DNA from: Pseudoflavonifractor sp.
GTDB taxonomy: Bacteria > Bacillota > Clostridia > Oscillospirales > Oscillospiraceae
DNA: 47,488 bases
Reading direction: 5' to 3'
NCBI GenBank assembly: GCA_035562355.1
Contig: DATMXU010000211.1
Location: 1-47,488 of the forward strand
The notes beneath the pieces are model-generated. The model made no database searches. It saw only the letters and a list, made by a program, of their open reading frames with translations, and was not told the DNA's origin. Shown piece by piece: positions 41,060 through 47,488 of the stretch (position 1 is the stretch's first letter; the number at the start of each line of letters is the position of its first letter). Both the position numbers and the translations under genes were made by a program.

Positions 41060-41668
41060 CTATCCCTTCACCATCTTCTTGAGCGCCTGGCGGACGATCT
41101 CCTCCAGGGAGAGGGCCTCCACGTCGATGCCCTTGAGGGCGAGGGATACCTCGGCCTGGCTGTACCCCAGCACAGCCAGGGCGGCGGAGGCCTCGCTCCC
41201 CTTGTTCTGGGGGATGACGGTGACGCCCGTGCCGCCGTAGCTCTCCCCTGCCGCCGTGCCGAGCTGTCCCTTGGCCAGCTTGTCCTTCAGTTCCAGGATC
41301 ACGCGCTGGGCGATCTTTTTGCCGATGCCAGGGGCTACGGTGAGGCTCTTCTCGTCCCCGGTGATGATGCTCATTGCCAGCCCCTCCGGCGTGGTGGACG
41401 AGAGGATGGAGATGGCGGCCTTGGGGCCCACGCCCGACACGCTGATGAGCATCTGAAAGCAGTTGAGCTCGTTCTCGGTGGCGAAACCGTAGAGTTCCAT
41501 GGCATCCTCCCGCACGTTGAGGTGGGTGAAGAGCTTGCCGGGCTCCCCCTTCTTCAGGTGGGAGAGGGTGGTGCTGGTGGTGCGGCAGGCGTAGCCGACG
41601 CCGCCGCAGTCGATGACCGCCAGATAGGGCGCGATGTGGGCCACAGTGCCCTTCAGATAGTAGAACAA
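41060..41668 (-). CDS. ruvA: Holliday junction binding protein RuvA
   Basis: GGVGY, VREDA..LYGF, VSGVGPK, PGIGKK.A.R..LELK. Confidence 0.97.
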   Translation of the reverse strand: MFYYLKGTVAHIAPYLAVIDCGGVGYACRTTSTTLSHLKKGEPGKLFTHLNVREDAMELYGFATENELNCFQMLISVSGVGPKAAISILSSTTPEGLAMSIITGDEKSLTVAPGIGKKIAQRVILELKDKLAKGQLGTAAGESYGGTGVTVIPQNKGSEASAALAVLGYSQAEVSLALKGIDVEALSLEEIVRQALKKMVKG

Positions 41669-41685
41669 AGCAAATCCATCCTTTT

Positions 41686-42219
41686 TCAGTCGTTGCGCAC
41701 GGCGTACCGGCCTGAGCCGGGGCGGGCGGCGTCGGGCGTGGTCAGGCGGGAGGTATAGGACCTGGCGTGGCAGAGCGCGATGGCCACCGCGTCGGCGGCG
41801 TCGTCCGGCTTTGGGGCCGCCTTCAGGCCCAAAAGCCGTTTGGTCATGTCCATGACCTGCCGTTTCTCCGCCTTGCCGTACCCGGTGACGGCCAGCTTGA
41901 CGGCGGAGGGCGAGTACTCAAAGATGGGGACCCCCCTGCGCTCGGCGGCCAGCAGGAGAATGCCCCGGGCCTGGGCTACTCCGATGCCGGTGGTGATATT
42001 ATTGGTGAAGAAGAGCTCCTCAATCGCCATGGCGTCGGGCTGAAAGGCCGCCAGCAGCTCGTCCATATCGTCGGCGATCTGCCGCAGACGGGTAGGGAGC
42101 GGCAGCCCGGCCGGGGTAGTGATGGACCCGCACTGCAGGAGGTTTTGCCTCCCCTGCCCTGCCCGGACCACCCCAAAGCCCACGATGGCAAAGCCGGGGT
42201 CAATGCCCAAGATGACCAT
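41686..42219 (-). CDS. ruvC: Crossover junction endodeoxyribonuclease RuvC
   Basis: ILGIDPG, AIEELFF, PDDAADA. Confidence 0.97.
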   Translation of the reverse strand: MVILGIDPGFAIVGFGVVRAGQGRQNLLQCGSITTPAGLPLPTRLRQIADDMDELLAAFQPDAMAIEELFFTNNITTGIGVAQARGILLLAAERRGVPIFEYSPSAVKLAVTGYGKAEKRQVMDMTKRLLGLKAAPKPDDAADAVAIALCHARSYTSRLTTPDAARPGSGRYAVRND

Positions 42220-42242
42220 AGCCGCCCCTCCCTGTCGTCACT

Positions 42243-42284
42243 AAACGTATGTTTCATTTTACCACGCGGCGGATGTGTGCGCAA
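42243..42284 (-). promoter_or_regulatory. ruv operon sigma-A promoter with putative LexA box
   Basis: TTGCGC-N17-(TGG)TAAAAT followed by AAAC-N4-GTTT palindrome at 42243-42254. Confidence 0.55.
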
Positions 42285-42459
42285 GGGAAGACCGCCAAAA
42301 ACCCTCGCAGGGATTTTCGACGCGTCAGGCCGCCAAAGGAGGTCCGCGCCCTCCGGGGGCGATCGGATAGCGGCTGATTCCATAAAACAAATTTAGAGAC
42401 ATGGATGTCCCAGTCCGCGCATATCCTTTTGACAGGAAGGTAAGAGGAGGGGTATCTCT

Positions 42460-42873
42460 ATGAGGAAGAACGAGGAGGAGCAGGGCGCGCGGCTGATCCG
42501 CTATATGCTGGACGTCCTGCTGGGCGGCGCTGTGGCGCTGCTGGCCTGTTTCCTGTTTCTGCTGCTGGCCTCGGTGGCCATCTCCCGCGGCTGGCTGGGC
42601 GAGGACCTCATGTATCAGCTCACCATCGTGGGCTGCGTGCTGGGCGGCTTTGTGGGCGGCGCTGTGGCCGTAGGCCGCTCCCGCTCCCGCACGCTCATCG
42701 TGGGCCTGCTGGTGGGCGTGGTGTTCTTCCTGCTTTTGCTGACGGTGGGCCTGCTGGCTTACGGCTCCGCCATCCCCGAGGAGGGCGGGCTGGGACTTTT
42801 GTGCGGCGCCCTCTGCGGCGGCGCGGCGGCCGGTATCCTTGGCAGCAAGCCGAAGAAAAAGCGCAGAAAATAA
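42460..42873 (+). CDS. TIGR04086-type membrane protein
   Basis: Four Gly-rich TM helices; position upstream of SCIFF locus typical for this family. Confidence 0.8.
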   Translation: MRKNEEEQGARLIRYMLDVLLGGAVALLACFLFLLLASVAISRGWLGEDLMYQLTIVGCVLGGFVGGAVAVGRSRSRTLIVGLLVGVVFFLLLLTVGLLAYGSAIPEEGGLGLLCGALCGGAAAGILGSKPKKKRRK

Positions 42874-42902
42874 TTGAAAAGAAAAAAGAGGTATGGTATA
42901 AT
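42874..42902 (+). promoter_or_regulatory. sigma-A promoter of scfAB
   Basis: TTGAAA-N17-TATAAT with extended TG. Confidence 0.6.
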
Positions 42903-43043
42903 GGCCGCAAAGCGGCTATTATACTTTTATTTGGACTGCTTTTCTCATCCGCCTGTGCGGATAACCGAAAAGCGTGGCCCATTATACCGTGAATAAGATT
43001 CATAGTATAATGCCAGCAAACACCTGCATGGGAGGGAAAACCA

Positions 43044-43193
43044 GTGGAACATATCAAGACGCTCAACGGCGCGACTTTGAAGAAGAGCGCGGCCCACGGC
43101 GGCTGCGGCGAGTGCCAGACCTCCTGCCAGTCTGCCTGTAAGACCTCTTGCACCGTCGCCAACCAGAAGTGTGAGAATCAGAACAACAAGTAA
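43044..43193 (+). CDS. scfA: SCIFF (six-Cys-in-45) ranthipeptide precursor, 49 aa
   Basis: Hand translation MEHIKTLNGATLKKSAAHGGCGECQTSCQSACKTSCTVANQKCENQNNK; GGAGG SD, GTG start; not in ORF track. Confidence 0.97.
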   Translation: MEHIKTLNGATLKKSAAHGGCGECQTSCQSACKTSCTVANQKCENQNNK

Positions 43194-43283
43194 GCAGCGT
43201 GTAGAGGAAAGGGTGGGTCTTCGACCCGCCCTTTCTTATTGGTGCAGACAGTCCCTAAACTTATGATTGGAGCAGACGATATT

Positions 43284-44630
43284 ATGGTACATACCTTTAC
43301 CGCCCTCGGCGTATTTGTGGCCGTGGACGTGAACAGCGGCGCGGTCCACGTACTGGACAAGGCCGCCTATGACACCCTCAACGATCTCCTCGCCCTCCAG
43401 GGCCAGCACCCCGATTTTACCACCCGCCGCCCCGAGGGCCTGGGCGACGCGTGGGAGGAGCTGAAGGAGCTGTACAGCCAGGGCCTCCTCTTCTCGGAGG
43501 ACGACTACATCGACCCCGCGGCGGCCGTCGCCATGCAGCAGGAGGCCCCCGTCAAGGCCCTGTGTCTCCATGTCTCCCACGACTGCAACCTCCGCTGCAG
43601 ATACTGCTTTGCCTCCACCGGTGACTTCGGCACCGGCAAACGCATGACTATGAGCCCGGAGACGGCGAGAAAGGCCATCGACTTTGTCATCGAGAAGTCG
43701 GGCACCCGGCGCAACATCGAGGTGGACTTCTTCGGCGGGGAGCCTATGATGGCCATGGACACCGTGAAAAAGACGGTGGAGTATGCCCGCTCCATTGAGG
43801 AGCGTTTCGGCAAGCAGTTCCGTTTTACCATTACCACCAACGGCGTCCTGCTGGACGACGAGAACATCGAGTACATCAACCGCGAGATGTCCAACGCCGT
43901 CCTCTCCCTGGACGGCAGGCCCGAGGTCAACGACCGCATGCGTCCCACGGTGAATGCCAAAGGGAGCTACGACGTTATTGTGCCCAAGTTCAAAAAGCTG
44001 GTGGAGGGCAGAGGCACCAAGGACTACTATCTCCGGGGCACCTTCACCCGGGACAACCTGGACTTTAGCAAAGACGTAATGCACATCGCGTCCGAGGGGT
44101 TTCGCAACGTCTCGGTGGAGCCCGTGGTAGGCAGCCCCGACGACCCCTACACCCTCCGGGAGGAGGACCTCCCCACCCTTCTGGCCGAGTACGAGCGCCT
44201 GGCGGAAGAGCTGCGGCGGCACCCGGAGATCAACTTCTTCCACTTCAACGTGGACCTGGCCCAGGGCCCCTGCGTCATCAAGCGGCTGCGGGGCTGCGGC
44301 GCTGGCTGCGAATATGTCGCTATCACCCCTGATGGGGATATCTACCCCTGCCACCAGTTTGTGGGGAACGAGGAATACCGCCTGGGCAATCTCTTCGACG
44401 GCACCTTCGACATGGAGGTCTCCGGTCGGTTCGCGGGGCTGAACATCTACACCCGCGAGGACTGCAGAGACTGCTGGGCCCGTTTCTACTGCAGCGGGGG
44501 CTGCAGCGCCTCCAACCTGCTTGTCAACGGTGACATAAAAAAACCGCACCACGTGGGCTGCGAGCTGGAGCGCAAGCGTCTGGAGTGCGCCATCTCCCTG
44601 CGGGCCATCGCGGCCGGTATGGCCGACTAG
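43284..44630 (+). CDS. scfB: SCIFF radical SAM/SPASM thioether maturase
   Basis: CNLRCRYC, GPCVIKRLRGCGAG, YPCHQF, C..CWARFYCSGGC SPASM; adjacent to scfA. Confidence 0.96.
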   Translation: MVHTFTALGVFVAVDVNSGAVHVLDKAAYDTLNDLLALQGQHPDFTTRRPEGLGDAWEELKELYSQGLLFSEDDYIDPAAAVAMQQEAPVKALCLHVSHDCNLRCRYCFASTGDFGTGKRMTMSPETARKAIDFVIEKSGTRRNIEVDFFGGEPMMAMDTVKKTVEYARSIEERFGKQFRFTITTNGVLLDDENIEYINREMSNAVLSLDGRPEVNDRMRPTVNAKGSYDVIVPKFKKLVEGRGTKDYYLRGTFTRDNLDFSKDVMHIASEGFRNVSVEPVVGSPDDPYTLREEDLPTLLAEYERLAEELRRHPEINFFHFNVDLAQGPCVIKRLRGCGAGCEYVAITPDGDIYPCHQFVGNEEYRLGNLFDGTFDMEVSGRFAGLNIYTREDCRDCWARFYCSGGCSASNLLVNGDIKKPHHVGCELERKRLECAISLRAIAAGMAD

Positions 44631-44774
44631 GGTATACGGATTGTAATTATACAGAATGTAATCGCCCTTTTCGCAATCAAAACCGTATATATTGCGTGCA
44701 CGCAAAGCCCTCCCTACCAAATATTGACCCTCTGTGGGCGCCGCAGCCAGCGGCGCCCACCTCTTTGGAGACAT

Positions 44775-44802
44775 AGTTTACATAACGGGGTTTACATAAT
44801 CT
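44775..44802 (-). other. dif-like / XerD-arm site (11-6-11)
   Basis: Reverse complement of 44775-44785 is TTATGTAAACT, as I recall the XerD(RipX) arm of B. subtilis dif; GTTTACATAA repeats at 44790-44799. Confidence 0.4.
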
Positions 44803-44904
44803 TTTGGCATAATGAACAAAAATGAGTTTTTTATCTCGGATTCCTTGCGTTGCCAGCCACTTGGGGCTATATTATACTTTACCAATATTAAGGGGGTGTA
44901 CGGC

Positions 44905-45702
44905 TTGGAGGGTACGCTGGGTTTCATCGGCGCAGGCAATATGTCCAGCGCGATCATAAGCGGTATCCTTCAGACCAGGCTCCTCCCCCCTGCCCGCATC
45001 CTCGTGTCGAACCGGCACGAGGGCAAGCTGGAGGTCCCCGCCCGGCGCGGGGTCTTCACCACCACGGACAACAAAGACGTGGCGAAGAGTGCGGACATGG
45101 TCATACTGAGCGTCAAGCCTCAGATGTTCCCCGAGGTGCTGCCAGAGCTTGCTCCCCTGCTCTGGGACAAGTGCGTCATCTCCATCGCGCCGGGGCGCTC
45201 CATGGCCTGGCTCTCGCTCCAGCTCCCCGGCGCCCACATCGTGCGCGCCATGCCCAACACTCCCCTTTTGGTGGGTAAGGGGGTCACGGCGGTGGCCGAG
45301 GCTCCTCAGGTTCCCAGGCCGCTTTTTGACGCTGTGGTGGAGATATTCTCCTCGGTCGGCGAGGTCTCTATTGTACCGGAATCCATGCTGGATGCCGTGA
45401 CCGCGGTGTCCGGCTCCTCCCCCGCCTACTTCTTCCGCATGGCCGACGCCATGGTGAAGGGGGCCGGGCGGCTGGGGATGGACCCGGAGGAGGCGCTGCG
45501 TCTCATCGCCCTCACCATGGAGGGGGCGGCCAAAATGCTGCTGGAGAGCGGCGGCGGCGCGGGCGAGCTCACCCGCCAGGTCTGTTCCCCCGGAGGGACT
45601 ACTCTGGCGGCGCTGACCGCCTTTGACGAGTACCGGTTTGAAGAGATGATCTCCCAGGCCATGGAGCGCTGTGTCCGGCGCTCCAGAGAGCTGGGGCAAT
45701 AA
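44905..45702 (+). CDS. proC: Pyrroline-5-carboxylate reductase
   Basis: GFIGAGNM, VKPQ, RAMPN, SGSSPAY, SPGGTT; TTG start after GGGGGTG. Confidence 0.96.
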   Translation: MEGTLGFIGAGNMSSAIISGILQTRLLPPARILVSNRHEGKLEVPARRGVFTTTDNKDVAKSADMVILSVKPQMFPEVLPELAPLLWDKCVISIAPGRSMAWLSLQLPGAHIVRAMPNTPLLVGKGVTAVAEAPQVPRPLFDAVVEIFSSVGEVSIVPESMLDAVTAVSGSSPAYFFRMADAMVKGAGRLGMDPEEALRLIALTMEGAAKMLLESGGGAGELTRQVCSPGGTTLAALTAFDEYRFEEMISQAMERCVRRSRELGQ

Positions 45703-45759
45703 TATTCTTGTATTATCCGGGGCGAGGGGCGCATAAGCTGTCACCGAGGTGATGTCAAT

Positions 45760-46389
45760 ATGCGCAGAGCGGTCGCGGGTGTTTGGGACGTGCCGTTTGA
45801 GGGCGGGGGCTCCGCTTTGGTGGTGACGGCGGCGGCCTTTTTTCTGGGCGGTGTCGCCGGCTGCCTGCTGGCCGCCAGCGTGGGCGGGGGCGGGAGCGAG
45901 AGTCTCGCGTCCTATATCGAGGGTTTTTGGGCCGTGGCACGGGCGGACAGTATGACGCCGCCCGACCTTCTCCCACTTGTCTGGGAGATCCTGCGCTGGC
46001 CCCTCTTTACCGTGGTATTCAGCTTTACCGCTCTGGGACTCGTGGGGATCCCGGTCCTGTTTTTCATCCGTGGTTTTCTCCTCTCCTTTGCGATCGCCTC
46101 CTTTTCCCGCATTTTTGGCGGGGCGGGCGGGCTGATGGCGGTGGTGGTGTTTGGGGTTTCCGGCCTCTTCTCGGTTCCTGCGCTCTTTGCGCTGGGCGTC
46201 CACGGCTTTGCCGCCGCACGCAGCCTGGCGGGCCGGGCGCTGGGAGAGGGGAAACGCTCCTCACCCTTTGGAAGAGCTTATTTTCTGCGCTGCGGTGTGT
46301 GTGCCGGGGCGTTCTGTGTGTGTATTCTGTTGGAGTATCTCGCGGTGCCGGCCATGGTGTCCGGCATGGCGGGGCTGATTCCTGCGTGA
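45760..46389 (+). CDS. spoIIM: Stage II sporulation protein M-like membrane protein
   Basis: Polytopic, G.VGIP.L...RGF motif; position upstream of xerD as for spoIIM; CATAAGCT sigma-E-like -10 upstream. Confidence 0.7.
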   Translation: MRRAVAGVWDVPFEGGGSALVVTAAAFFLGGVAGCLLAASVGGGGSESLASYIEGFWAVARADSMTPPDLLPLVWEILRWPLFTVVFSFTALGLVGIPVLFFIRGFLLSFAIASFSRIFGGAGGLMAVVVFGVSGLFSVPALFALGVHGFAAARSLAGRALGEGKRSSPFGRAYFLRCGVCAGAFCVCILLEYLAVPAMVSGMAGLIPA

Positions 46390-46431
46390 GTGCCGCGCGG
46401 AAATTACATAGGATGGAGACGCGGCAGGTTT

Positions 46432-47310
46432 ATGGAGTATTTGAAAGAGTACGAGGCGTATCTCACAACTGAAAAGAAGGCCTCGCCCAACACCCTCAGC
46501 TCCTACCTGCGGGATATTGGCCAGTACCTCCGCTGGGCGGAGGGCGAGGGGTTCACCCCCTACCAGGCGGAGCAGGAGGATATTGAGCACTATGTAAAGC
46601 ACCTCTCCGCGGTGGGCAAGTCGGTGGCGACCGTCACACGGGGCCTTGCGTCCATCAAGTCGTTTTATACCTTCCTGATCGGCGCGGGCGCGGTGGGCGT
46701 GAACCCGGCCAAGGGCATTGTCCCCGCCAAGGTGGAGCGCAAGCTGCCCCAGATTTTGACGAGCAAGGAGGTAGACCTCTTTCTGGAGCAGCCGGACCAC
46801 AGCGATGCCAAGGGCTGCCGGGACAAGGCCATGCTGGAGCTCCTCTACGCCACGGGTATCCGGGTCTCCGAGCTCATCGGGCTGAACATGGAGCATTTAA
46901 ACCTCTCGGCGGGCTTTGTCCGCTGCCCGGGAAAGTCAAAGGAGCGCATCATCCCCCTCTACCCTGCCGCCGTCCGCGCCCTCACCGAGTATGTAAACCG
47001 GGTGCGGCCCCAGATGCTGGAGCGGGTGGGAGATAACGCCCTCTTTGTCAACATGAGCGGAGAGCGCATGAGCCGCCAGGGCTTTTGGAAGATCATCAAG
47101 CACTACCAGGAGAAGGCCGGCATCAAAAAGGAGATCACCCCCCATACGCTGCGCCACTCCTTTGCAGCCCATCTGCTGGAAAATGGAGCCGATCTGCGCT
47201 CCATCCAGGAGATGCTGGGCCATGCCGATATCTCCTCCACCCAAATCTATGCCCAGCTTGTGAACCAAAAGCTCAAGGATGTGTACAACAAAGCGCACCC
47301 CCGCGCATAA
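46432..47310 (+). CDS. xerD: Site-specific tyrosine recombinase XerD
   Basis: LELLYATGIRVSEL, SRQGFWK, TPHTLRHSFA.HLLENGADLR, LGHADISSTQIY. Confidence 0.95.
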   Translation: MEYLKEYEAYLTTEKKASPNTLSSYLRDIGQYLRWAEGEGFTPYQAEQEDIEHYVKHLSAVGKSVATVTRGLASIKSFYTFLIGAGAVGVNPAKGIVPAKVERKLPQILTSKEVDLFLEQPDHSDAKGCRDKAMLELLYATGIRVSELIGLNMEHLNLSAGFVRCPGKSKERIIPLYPAAVRALTEYVNRVRPQMLERVGDNALFVNMSGERMSRQGFWKIIKHYQEKAGIKKEITPHTLRHSFAAHLLENGADLRSIQEMLGHADISSTQIYAQLVNQKLKDVYNKAHPRA

Positions 47311-47347
47311 AATACGGCAGGGTCAGTGTGCCGACGATTCTCCTTCT

Positions 47348-47398
47348 AAAAGCAAGTATGGCCGGAACGACTTCGTTCCGGCCATACTTGCTTTTTTT
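47348..47398 (+). terminator. Intrinsic terminator after xerD
   Basis: Long perfect inverted repeat ending in a T-tract. Confidence 0.88.
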
Positions 47399-47420
47399 GA
47401 GCGATGTTATCTAAAAAACC

Positions 47421-47451
47421 AAAAGGCTGACGAGACACTCGTCAGCCTTTT
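47421..47451. terminator. Second hairpin terminator, possibly for a convergent gene beyond the window
   Basis: AAAAGGCTGACGAG/CTCGTCAGCCTTTT. Confidence 0.7.
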
Positions 47452-47488
47452 CTGATGCTGTGGGAGGAAATGCGCAGGCGCTTTACTT

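Noticed and set aside
42955-42963. DnaA-box-like TGCGGATAA near the gene orientation switch
   Set aside because: Single mismatched copy with no cluster or dnaA; not an origin.
43236-44774. Long antisense ORFs (also 1273-2415, 8717-10000, 16081-17310, 24789-25964 and others)
   Set aside because: Shadow frames of GC-rich genes with no motifs of their own.

Overview
Core chromosomal segment of a GC-rich endospore-forming Clostridia, probably Oscillospiraceae (inferred from gene content and composition). Minus strand, listed left to right: XerC-like recombinase, radA, a CwlD-like amidase, ligA, vanZ-family, yunB, a YnbB-like PLP enzyme, three M42 peptidases, murD, a CPBP protease, a Tyr T-box operon (NUDIX-GNAT-tyrS), the recN-to-nusB/Asp23 block, spoIIIAA-AH, yebC, nif3, trmK, sigH, glmM and ruvCAB. 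Plus strand: cotJ locus, RNase P RNA, SCIFF ranthipeptide locus (its precursor is missing from the ORF track), proC, a spoIIM-like gene and xerD. I saw no CRISPR array, rRNA, tRNA, transposase or prophage. Most unusual features: (1) a CotJA-CotJB fusion with twelve 11-aa N-terminal repeats whose ten core units vary only synonymously; (2) a tyrosine recombinase gene bracketed by a 16-bp direct repeat, one copy being an arm of a 13-6-13 palindrome; (3) a dif-like site with tandem XerD-arm motifs upstream of proC-spoIIM-xerD; (4) NUDIX and GNAT genes between the Tyr T-box and tyrS. All calls come from motif recognition and synteny by eye; no searches were run.
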